Part shown: one piece after another, positions 34,900 to 45,600 of the stretch | Layout: every line of letters begins with the position of its first letter | How positions within the stretch are numbered: position 1 is the first letter of the stretch | Virus record (IMG/VR): IMGVR_UViG_3300005613_000054 | Coordinates: 3,892-67,891 of that record | Source of the DNA: a virus | DNA length: 64,000 nucleotides | Strand: one strand, 5' to 3' | Notes under the pieces: model-generated | Database searches by the model: none | Told to the model about the DNA's origin: nothing | The model's input: the letters and a program-made list of their open reading frames with translations, nothing else | Made by a program: the position numbers and the translations under genes

Positions 34900-37800
34900 A
34901 TGTCACAATTTCAGTTAGAATCTATTAACAAAATATACAATTCGGAAACTGAGACTTTCAGGCGTTCTTTTAGATTGACGCATGAAGGAGATCCAATTTT
35001 TCGCAAAGAATTTGACGGATCAAATACAGATGACGTATTGTTGGGTGCTGATACATTTGTAATTAATAATCACTTTTATGTGACTGGAGAACCACTGAAT
35101 TATGATGCTGGTCCAGGAAATACTGCTATTGGAATTAGTCCAAGTAGTCCTGGAGTTGGTGGTGCAACCACTTTACCACAAGAAGTTTATGTAATTAAAA
35201 TAAGCGAAAATAAATTCAAAGTCGCTGCTGCGGCATCTTATGCACTTTCTGGCGATAATATTGATCTAACTTCTGTTGGAGTTGGAACTACGCACTCATT
35301 TACTGCACAGAAAGAAAACACAAAGGCAATTATTGCTCTTGATAATATGATCCAGTCTCCCATTTATGAAAGGGTGGGATCAGCAACAACATTAGTAGCA
35401 ATCAATTCAAGGGTACTCCAAGTTGGAGATGCTTCTATATTTAAAAATTATGATCTCATTCAAATTGATAATGAGATTATGAGAATACAAGTTGTTGGAT
35501 TCAATGGTGTTGATAATCAACTTTTAGTTGATAGGGCTTGGGTAGGCACAACACAAGAATCTCATGTAGCAAACGATGAGGTGCAACTTGTATTTGGTGA
35601 TTACAATATCATTGGCGATTATATCAATTTTGCCGATGTTCCATTCGGTGGACAACGTTTAACCGTTGGAGTTTCATCAGAGCAAGTTAGTGTAGCAACC
35701 AGCAGTTTTACCGTTTTATCTGATGTGTTTGAAACCGGTTCTGAGGTTGTTTTAAGAAGTTTAGATCCACCAGCTCCACTTGTTTCAAATGAAAACTATT
35801 TCTTGATAAAAAATGGTGCTAATAATTTTTCATTTGCAAGTACCGATGATAATGCACTAACTGGTATTGCAATTACACTTACAAGTCCTGGTATTGGAAC
35901 TCACAGATTAGTCTATGTTGATGTTCAAAATGGAAGTTCTTTCCAAGGAAGAACATTTATAAGATCAAGTTACGATGGAAATATCATTCTAGATGATATT
36001 TCCCAAAACTTCACTGGTATTGCTAAAACATTTACAATCACTAGTGCAGGCGTTAATACTACTGGTATTACTAGTGACTTTGGTGCTATTCTAGTCAATA
36101 ATATTTTCCAAAAACCAGAAGTTGATTATGAATTCTTGGGTGGTCCAGTAACAGGAATCACTTCAATTGAATTTACTGGTAATAGTAATAGAACTCCAGA
36201 GGCATATAATACATTTGATGTGAATGCTAATAGTCTGCCCAGAAAGGGTCAGATTGTTTCCATTGCTCACACTGAAGGATTTGGATATCAGATGCGAGCA
36301 GTCGGTACTGGTACTGCTGTTGTTTCTGGTTTCGGTACAATCACAGTTGCTCTTGGTTTCACAGGTACAGGATATCGTAATGGTCCTACAACTTACGAGG
36401 TCAGAGTTCTAGGTGGTAGTCCAACCACTGCAGCAGCAGGTACTTTTACAGTTGATGCTGGACATATTCAGGACGTATTCATGAATACTCCAGGTGTTGG
36501 TTACACTTGGACTGATGTTCCAAAACTACAGATTGATGAACCAATTCCATATGATGATATTCAACTAATCAGTCAATCGACTGGTGTTGGTGCTTCCGTC
36601 ACTGTTGAGGTTGGATTTGGTCTGAGTATCTATAATTTCACTTTGAATAGTATTGGATTTGGTTTCACAGCACACGAGCAATTGACTATTGCTGGTATTC
36701 CAACCGTAACTAGCATCGGTTCTACATTCCAGAATGCCATATTCACAGTTGAATCAGTTCACGATGATGAGTTTGCTGGTTGGGTCTTTGGTAAGTTGCA
36801 GGTTCTTGATGATTTTTCTGCAGAATTTAATGGATCTAAGAGAACATTTACACTGACTGAAAATAATGTTCCTATTAGTATTGAGAAGAAAATTGGTTCT
36901 CCAATTAGTCTAGATGATGTCCTACTAATCTTCATTAATGATATTCTGCAGCAACCTGAAGTTGCGTACACGTTTGAAGGAGGAACTCAACTCACATTTA
37001 CCGAACCACCAGTAGCAGGTTCTACATTACAAATTTTGTTCTATCGTGGTACAGATTCTGATATCTCTACAGAGACAGCATTAGCAACTATCAAACCTGG
37101 TGATGATGTTAAGATTTTACGCAACCCCGCTAATATTATTCCAGTAGAGCAAGATCCGCGAGTTGTTCGTGCAATTATTTCTAGGGATACTATTCAGACC
37201 GTTAATTATACTGGTCCTGGTATTACTGCTCAGACTTCACCACTTCGCCCAATTGTATGGTGTAAGCAGCAAGAAGACAAGTTCGTCAATGGCGTCAAGG
37301 TCAGTAAGTCTAGACCGGAGGATACGTCAAGAGTATTCCCCGCTACAAGACTTATTAGTGATATAAGCACCACTGATACTGAATTCTATACGGTTGGCGG
37401 CACACTTATCTTTAGTACAACTGAAGAACCTGATGATACTGATTTTGGTGTAAATATTTGGGATACTCGTGATGAAGTTGGTTTCGGCACAACTACGTTC
37501 CAGTTCCCATTAGAAAAAATTGCAGACGGCGTTTCTGTAACTGGTGACTATGGTATCATCGCAGGTATTGGCTCTACTGCGACGGCAATGCAACTAGAGT
37601 TCTTCATTCCACTAGATAGTCCTCTACGTGAAAATGAGTTTGGTGGACTAACTAAGACTGGTATTGCTACAGGTGACTTCTTCACATTGTCCAGAACTTA
37701 TTTTGATAACGGTGCAACAAATGGTCCATTTGCCCTAAATCAAGACCGATCTTCCGTCATTGGAACCTGTACCAATGATAGTATTGACTGTGTTTATCAA

Positions 37801-38052
37801 GTTTCTCACATCGAAGATGTTGGTGTAAATACTGTAAGAGTGCATACCAACCTACAAACAGGTCATGGATTGAACTTTACAGGTCTTGGTTCTGGTGTCG
37901 GTAATTACTATGGTGTTTATAGTTGGGCAAAGTTCACTACAGGTTCTAGAACCGGTTTAGCATTCACTTGTGATCGTGGTCAAGGTTTAGCGGGAATTGA
38001 AACCGGTCCTCAGATTATCCGTAAAGAAAAACTATCAATTGAATACTCATAA
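34900..38052 (+). CDS. Virion structural protein (baseplate; resembles the C-terminal part of longer gp7 homologs)
   Basis: LTHEGDPIF, IALDNMIQSP, DDISQNFTG, LIFINDILQ.P, FYRG, WCKQ..DK, YSWAK. Confidence 0.75.
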   Translation: MSQFQLESINKIYNSETETFRRSFRLTHEGDPIFRKEFDGSNTDDVLLGADTFVINNHFYVTGEPLNYDAGPGNTAIGISPSSPGVGGATTLPQEVYVIKISENKFKVAAAASYALSGDNIDLTSVGVGTTHSFTAQKENTKAIIALDNMIQSPIYERVGSATTLVAINSRVLQVGDASIFKNYDLIQIDNEIMRIQVVGFNGVDNQLLVDRAWVGTTQESHVANDEVQLVFGDYNIIGDYINFADVPFGGQRLTVGVSSEQVSVATSSFTVLSDVFETGSEVVLRSLDPPAPLVSNENYFLIKNGANNFSFASTDDNALTGIAITLTSPGIGTHRLVYVDVQNGSSFQGRTFIRSSYDGNIILDDISQNFTGIAKTFTITSAGVNTTGITSDFGAILVNNIFQKPEVDYEFLGGPVTGITSIEFTGNSNRTPEAYNTFDVNANSLPRKGQIVSIAHTEGFGYQMRAVGTGTAVVSGFGTITVALGFTGTGYRNGPTTYEVRVLGGSPTTAAAGTFTVDAGHIQDVFMNTPGVGYTWTDVPKLQIDEPIPYDDIQLISQSTGVGASVTVEVGFGLSIYNFTLNSIGFGFTAHEQLTIAGIPTVTSIGSTFQNAIFTVESVHDDEFAGWVFGKLQVLDDFSAEFNGSKRTFTLTENNVPISIEKKIGSPISLDDVLLIFINDILQQPEVAYTFEGGTQLTFTEPPVAGSTLQILFYRGTDSDISTETALATIKPGDDVKILRNPANIIPVEQDPRVVRAIISRDTIQTVNYTGPGITAQTSPLRPIVWCKQQEDKFVNGVKVSKSRPEDTSRVFPATRLISDISTTDTEFYTVGGTLIFSTTEEPDDTDFGVNIWDTRDEVGFGTTTFQFPLEKIADGVSVTGDYGIIAGIGSTATAMQLEFFIPLDSPLRENEFGGLTKTGIATGDFFTLSRTYFDNGATNGPFALNQDRSSVIGTCTNDSIDCVYQVSHIEDVGVNTVRVHTNLQTGHGLNFTGLGSGVGNYYGVYSWAKFTTGSRTGLAFTCDRGQGLAGIETGPQIIRKEKLSIEYS

Positions 38053-38055
38053 ATA
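38048..38055 (+). promoter_or_regulatory. Late promoter
   Basis: CATAAATA ending 22 nt upstream of gp8. Confidence 0.7.
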
Positions 38056-38077
38056 ACTCCAAAAGTTTAAAAGTATA

Positions 38078-39616
38078 ATGCCAGCGATCATTACTGATCA
38101 AATCAGAATATTGAATGCCAACAATTTTGTTAGTGGTATTTCGACGACTGATAATAGTTACTACGTGTTCATTGGTCTTCCCAATGCATCCGAGATTGAT
38201 GCTGACTGGAATACGAACACGCCGTATCCGATTGATAGTATTGATCAATACAATGATATGTACGACACGGTGATCTCCGCCAAGAAGGTCACTTCATCTG
38301 ATGTACTAAAAGTTGTAAGAAAAGTTGATTGGGAATCCGGTACAATCTACGAGATGTACCGTCAAGATTATTCTATTAATAGAACTGCTCCACAGACTGG
38401 TGCGACAAGTCTTTATCGAGCAAACTATTATATCATGAACTCAGACTATAGAGTTTATGAATGTATTTACAATGGTGCTTCCCCATCTAACAGTGGTAAG
38501 GGTATTGTATCGCTAGAAGAACCAACACATACAGATCTACAACCTAGAACTGAAAGTGATGGTTATATTTGGAAGTATCTGTACTCAATCAGACCAAGCG
38601 ACATTATTAAATTTGATAGTGTCGAGTACATTCCTGTTCCTGCAGATTGGGCAACTAACACAAACACTGCTGCTGTAAGAAATGCTGCAGTAGACGGTAA
38701 AATTGAAGTAGTAACTATTGAAGATGTTACTTCTGCGAGTTATCAGTTCAGTGGAACCAAAAATAACGTCCCAATCAAAGGTGATGGGCAAGATGCACTA
38801 GCATCTGTAACATTTGTAAACGGAAAACCAACAACTGCTACTGTTACTAACGGCGGTACAGGTTACACGTTTGGTACAGTTGATTTGGACAGTGTTGTAA
38901 CTGGTTCTGGTGCTAGTTTTTCAGTTATCATTCCACCTCCAGGTGGTCATGGTTTTGATATCGATCGTGAGTTGGGTGCGAACCGTGTTCTCATTTATTC
39001 TCGCATCGAGAATACTGATGTAACGAACCCAGATTTCCCAACTGGTAATCAATTTGCTCGTATTGGTGTCCTAAAGAACCCAACTGTCTTTGGTTCTACT
39101 ACAATCCAAACAGCATCTAGTGTCGCTGGTACATATGGTCTAAGATTGACTGGTGCAGCAGCGACAACAATGTCTGTCGAAATCGATGGTGAAGTAACAC
39201 AGACCATCGGCGTTGGTTCTACTGCTGTTGGTAAGATTATTTCTTACGATCCACTAACTAAAGTTCTGAAGTACTGGCAAGATCGTGACCTTGCTACAGA
39301 TAGTGCTACTGGTTCAGTTCCCACCTACGGATACCGTCTAAATAAATTTACTAGCACCCCCGGAACTGGTGGTAATGTGAATGTGGTTGTAACTACAACT
39401 ACTGGTACTGAAACTGTAGGTATCGACACTGTTTTCACTGGTGTTTCGACAACCATTAACAACAGAACATACTATTTCGGTCAAACGTTTAACAATGGTC
39501 TAGCAAATCCAGAAATTGAGAAGTATTCTGGAGATATGATTTACGTGGACAACAGACCTGAAGTTACAAGGGCAGCTAACCAACGAGAAGATATCAAAAT
39601 CGTCTTAGAATTCTGA
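38078..39616 (+). CDS. gp8: Baseplate wedge subunit gp8
   Basis: MPAIITDQIRILNA, W.SGTIYEMY, YYIMNSDYRVYECIYN, DGYIWKYLY, REDIKIVLEF. Confidence 0.93.
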   Translation: MPAIITDQIRILNANNFVSGISTTDNSYYVFIGLPNASEIDADWNTNTPYPIDSIDQYNDMYDTVISAKKVTSSDVLKVVRKVDWESGTIYEMYRQDYSINRTAPQTGATSLYRANYYIMNSDYRVYECIYNGASPSNSGKGIVSLEEPTHTDLQPRTESDGYIWKYLYSIRPSDIIKFDSVEYIPVPADWATNTNTAAVRNAAVDGKIEVVTIEDVTSASYQFSGTKNNVPIKGDGQDALASVTFVNGKPTTATVTNGGTGYTFGTVDLDSVVTGSGASFSVIIPPPGGHGFDIDRELGANRVLIYSRIENTDVTNPDFPTGNQFARIGVLKNPTVFGSTTIQTASSVAGTYGLRLTGAAATTMSVEIDGEVTQTIGVGSTAVGKIISYDPLTKVLKYWQDRDLATDSATGSVPTYGYRLNKFTSTPGTGGNVNVVVTTTTGTETVGIDTVFTGVSTTINNRTYYFGQTFNNGLANPEIEKYSGDMIYVDNRPEVTRAANQREDIKIVLEF

Positions 39617-39620
39617 TAAA

Positions 39621-42600
39621 ATGCCACAGAACACCAACCTAAACGTCAGCCCTTACTACGACGATTTTGATCCGTCAAAGAACTACAAGCGAGTTCTTTT
39701 TAAACCTGGTGTGCCTGTACAGGCAAGAGAACTAACGACTTTACAGTCTATTCTCCAGGATCAGATTGAAAAGTTTGGCGAACACTTCTTCAAAGAAGGT
39801 TCGATGGTCATTCCTGGTTCAATCGCTTACGACAGCAATTACTATGCCGTCAAGATTGAGCCAACGTTTTTTGGTGTTGACGTTGAGAACTATACCGACA
39901 AACTAATCGGTCTAACCATTCAAGGTAAGACTTCAGGTATCACTGCAGTTGTAAAGCAGGTACTTGTAAGAAATAGGTCTACCGAGAACGCAACCACACT
40001 ATACATCAAGTATCAGAAGTCCTCTACAGAGAACTTTAGTACAGATGAGTTCTTAGACGGTGAAAACCTTGTTACACTATCTGATTTTACATACGGTAGT
40101 ACTACCATTTCTGCTGGTTCTGACTTTGCTACCTGCTTCCAATCGAATGCTACAGCAACTGGTTCTGCGTTCGGTATTGATTCCGGGGTCTATTTCGCAA
40201 GAGGCGAATTCATCGAGGTCTCCAGTGAAACAATTGTTCTGGACCAGTATGATAACACGCCTTCTTACCGCGTCGGTTTCTTTGTAAATGAGCAGATCAT
40301 CACTGCTGTAGATGATCCTACCCTATACGACAACGCACAAGGTTTCTCCAACTATACTGCTCCTGGTGCTGATAGACTGAAGATTAGTCTATCACTAATC
40401 AAGAAGTCTCTTGATGACTTCCAGGATGAGAACTTCATCGAACTGTTCCGTGTTCGTAACGGTGAAGTCAAGAAGATTGTTCAAAGAACAGTCTATAGCG
40501 AAATTGCTAAAGAACTTGCTAGACGTACTTTCGACGAAAGTGGTGACTACTACGTTGATAAGTTCGATCTAAACACAAAAGAAAGTCTCAACGACAGATA
40601 TTCTACTTTTGGTGTCTTCTTCCCAGAAGAACTGACTGATCAGGGCAATACACCATCGAAGGATTTGATGGAAATCCAGGTAGGTCCTGGTAAGGCATAC
40701 GTCAAGGGTTATGAAGTTGAAACCTTTGGTTCTACTTTCCTAGACGTTGAAAAACCAAGAACTACGCTATCTATTGAAGGTGCTGGTATCCCATTCCAGG
40801 CAGGTAACCTAGTTCGCGTCAATAACATCTATGGTAGTGCAAGTGTTGGTCTTGCTACCACTGGTTCTGTTGATCTTCGTAGCGAAAGACTAGGTAGTGA
40901 CCTAGACGCTGCTACTGGTCAAAGCATCGGTAGAGCAAGGGTCTATGACTACAAGGCAACCAACAGTGGTTATGTAGATCAGACCTCCCAGTTTGATTTG
41001 TATCTGTATGATATCCAGACAGATACTGAAATTACCCTAAACCAAGAACTTGCTCTTAGTGCTCCTGCCTTGATTGAAGGCAAGAACTCTGGTGCTCGTG
41101 GTTATCTAAGAGTACAGACAGGCAATATTCTAACACTACACCAGACTTCTGGTGACTTCATCGTTGACGAGGCAATCCTAGTCAATGGTATTGAAAATGG
41201 TCGTGTTATCACCAAGGTAACCGAATTCGATGTATCCGATATCAAGTCGGTTCGTTCTGAAATCGGTATTGTAACCTTCAGTGCTGATGCTGTTCTAGAA
41301 CCTAAGATCAACTACGGTGGTCAAGGTTTTGTGGTCAGTAGTTCATCTGGTTCTCCTGCGATTTCTACAATCACCTCCACAGGTCCAGGATGGACTGTTG
41401 GTATCAAGTCTGGTGATATTGTATCCTACGCTAGAACGGACGTTCAGGGAACTATTTACAACCGTGTCGTTACCGTTGTACCAACCAATCAAAGTCTGAC
41501 TATTGAAGCAGTCGAAGACGTAACTGACGTTGCTACTGGTAGTCTTCCAGGATTTACTGCTCAGGTTTCTGGTCTACAGATTGTTGCACCAAGACTACGC
41601 AACTCCCAATCTGGTTTCCTATATGCTGAGTTCCCCAATCAAAACATTGAAAGCGTTGATCTAACCACATCGGATGTCTTCATCAGACGTGAATATCGTG
41701 ATAGAAGCACATCTGCCCAAAGCGAACTAGATCTACCATCACTATCTGGTACAGACTTTGTATATGCTCCTTTCGATGAGGAAAGATACACTGTATCCTA
41801 CAAGGATGGTACTGTAGAAGCACTAACCAGTGACCAGTTCGTTCTAACCAACGGTGCTAAGGGTGCTACCATTTCTGGTCTAACCAAGGCAAGTGAAACA
41901 GGTGTAATTGCTGTTACTACTCAGCAGAAGTCTAAGGTTACATCCAAGACTAAGATCCTAAATCGTGCTGCTAGCATTACAGTCACCGGTTCCAAGTACA
42001 ACTATTCCGGCGTCTCCACTGCAGTCAATGACGGTCTAACATTCAATACTGCATATGGTACTCGTGTTCAGGACAGCGAGATCTCGCTGAACGTTCCTGA
42101 TGTCGTCAATGTTCACGCAGTATTTGAAAGTTCTACTAATGCTGCACCTACTGTTCCCAAGATTACCCTATCTTCGCTGAATGGTCCTAACTCCAATAAC
42201 ACTGACCTAATCGTTGGCGAAATCCTTATTGGTAGTGAAAGTGGCGCTTCTGCAATGGTCTTGGGTAAGACCGGCACTACAGAAATTTTCTACGTTGCTA
42301 AGAACACTGAGAACTTCATCGAAACTGAAGAAGTTGTGTTCCAGGAAAGCGGCGTCAAAGGTAACATTTCCCAGATTGACTTGGGTGATGCTGATATTCT
42401 TCGTAACTATAGTTTCGATACTGGTCAAAGACTAGAGTATTATGACTTCGGCAGACTGATCAGAAACATCGGTAGTCAAGAACCATCTGGTCAACTACGT
42501 GTATTCTTCGATCATTATACCATCAACTCTTCGGATAATGGTGAAATTATCACTACTAACAGTTATCCAAGTTACGATCAAGACGTTCCAAGTTTCAACA

Positions 42601-45600
42601 ATATCAGAAACACTGATGTAATTGATTTTAGACCAAGAGTTGCGAATTATAGTGGTAGTCTGTCGCCATTTGAATTTGAAAGCAGAAATTTTGGATCTTC
42701 TGGTCAAACTGTTCCTAACGTCATCGTATCTGACGAGAACATTGTTCTAGACTACAACTACTACGTCGGCAGAAGAGACAGACTGTTCTTGAACCAGGAC
42801 AGCACATTTACAATTGTAAGAGGAACTCCAGCAGAAGTTCCTGTTCTGCCTGATACTATCGATGATTCATTTGAACTAGCACGTATTGATTATCGTCCAT
42901 ATGTCTATGATGTAAACGCAGATGTAACTATTGACTTCCGTGCTAATAAGCGTTACACAATGCGTGATATCGGTTTGTTGGAAGACAGACTAGAGAACCT
43001 AGAATACTACACCAGTCTATCGCTACTAGAAACCAAGACTGAAGGTCTGGTTATTCAAGATCCAGACACTGGTTTAGACAAGTTCAAGTCTGGTTTTGTT
43101 GTTGATAACTTCAGCACATTCGATGTAGCAGATAAGTCTGTACCTATCCTCAAGTACGATATCCGTGACGAGGAGATGGTCGCAAGAACTTACTTCGACG
43201 ACATTGACCTCCTAGTCGGTTCTGAAAGTCTGATCGGTACAAATGGTACTCCAGACCTAAGTGTTGACGTAAGATATGCTACTGACCTTGGTTCTCCCAA
43301 CATCAAGAAGGGTAAGAACCTAGTAACATTGAACTATGCTCAAGTTGAGCAAGGAACTCAGACCTTCGCTAGCAGGGTAGTCAATATCAACCCATTTGAT
43401 GTTGTTACATGGCGTGGTCGTATGTCGCTAAACCCAGAGACTGATGTTTGGGTTGAGCGTAGGTTCAACACTGTGAATGGTGGTTGGGGAAGCACACAGG
43501 TCATTTCTACCGCTACTGCTATTCCTAATATGCGTGCTCAGAACATTGAGTTCGTTGCTACAAGACTGAAGCCTGGAACTGAGTTTTACAGTTTCTTCTC
43601 CAGAACAGATATGTCCGACAATCGGTCATTGACTGTTCCTAAACTGCTAGAAGTTACTCCTGTTCAGGGTGCATTCCAGATTGGTGAAACTGTTGTTGGT
43701 AGACTACTCAACAACCAGAACACCACATCTAATCCAGAAATCAGGTTCAGACTTGCTGCTCCTGACCACAAGGATGGTCCTTATGATGCTCCTACATTCA
43801 AGTATGCTAATAACCCATACTCCAATGTTGGTCTAAGTTCCTTCTATAGTGAGACCACTGAAGTTCTAAACATCGACACTGGTTCGCTGAACCAAAAGTC
43901 TGACGAAAGGTTCTTCGGTTATGTCGTCAAGGATATGCGTTTGGTTGGTGAGACCAGTAATGCTGAAGCAATCGTCAAGGAAGTTCGCCTAGTAAGTGAT
44001 AACAATGGCGTCCTGGTCGGTAGCGTCAATATCCCAGGTTCTAACCCAACCTTTGCTAACGGCACTAACAACCTTGAGGTATCTGCAGAGAAGACACCAA
44101 ACACCACTCCTGGTGTAGTCGTTAGTGGTGCTGACGCTAACTTCTTCTCCCAAGGCACGATTATTACTCAAACGACAATCATTAGAAGAGCACGTCCAGC
44201 TCCACCACCACCAAGATTTATTGACCCTATCGCACAATCGTTCTTCGTTGAAGAAAACCCAGGTTGCTTCTTCACTTCTGTAGATTGCTATTTCTACAGC
44301 AAGAGTGCAACAATTCCAGTAGAACTGAGAATTGTTACCGTAGAAAACGGTGTTCCTACACAGAATCTTGTTCCTGGTGCTTCTGTTGTTCTAGATCCAG
44401 GCAGCGTCAATGTTTCTGATGATGCTTCGGCAGCAACAACATTCACTTTTGACGATGTGGTGTATTGTCCAACCGGAGAATACGCATTCGTTCTACTTGC
44501 TGATACGGATGCTTATAACGTTTGGATTTCTCGTGTCGGTGAGGAAGATATCTCCACTAAGGACCTACCTGAAATCCAAAAGATCATTATCAACAAGCAA
44601 CCTTCTCTAGGTTCCCTATTCAAGTCTCAGAACGCATCTACTTGGACTGCTTCTCAACTTGAAGACCTCAAGTTCGTTGCTAGAAAGGCAGAATTCACCC
44701 TTGATAGTGGTACTTTCAGGTTCTACAACCCAGAACTACAGACATACAACACCAGAAATAAACTGGAAACAAATGCAATTGAAGTCTTCTCTAAAAAGAC
44801 AACAATTGGTCTATCCTCTGCTATCACTGCTGAAGGTATCGTAGTTGGTTCTCAGATCAGACAGGACAATGTTTCTGCTTCTGGTTTTGTTGAAAGTCTC
44901 CGTGGTGCAATCGGTCTAGCAAACACTGGTCTAAACCTAACCAATGCAGGCGTAGGTTATTCTAACTCTACTTACAATGATGTAAGTTTCACCACCCTAA
45001 CTGGTAGTGGTTCTGGTGCTGCTGGTATCGTCACTGTAACTGGTGGAACAATCGATAACGTCTGTGTTACTAACTCTGGTTTCGGTTACGCTGTAGGTGA
45101 TACCCTGACGGCAACCCTTGGTAGCAATACTCTTGGTGCAAACCTACTATTCACAGTCGGTGTTGTTACATCCATCAATACATTTGCACTAACCAATGTA
45201 ACTGGTGCTCCATTCAATACCAGTGATCAAATTCAGTATGTTCCAACTGATGGTCCAGGTGTTGGTATCGGATCCACCTTGTTCTCCATCGTTCCAACCA
45301 CAGTAACAGACAATACCGATCAGTTTGACGGAACCTATTTTAAGGTCAATCAAGCAAACCACGGTATGCACGCTGATAACAATCTGGTCAAGATTGAAGG
45401 TGCATCTGGTGATACAGTTCCCACCACAATTCAGGTTGGCTATGCTGTAAGTTCTATCGAGAACATTAGTATCGGTAACAGCACAAACTTCAATATGTTT
45501 GAAGGTGCTCAAGTTACCAACACAAATCCAGGTTTCGCACTTGTCGGTGATGAGATCATTGCATATACTGGTGTCGGTAATAACCTACTCACTGGTATCA

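Noticed and set aside
34890-34902. Programmed frameshift/readthrough joining gp7 and the next ORF
   Set aside because: No slippery heptamer or downstream structure; a clean ATG follows 4 bp after the stop.
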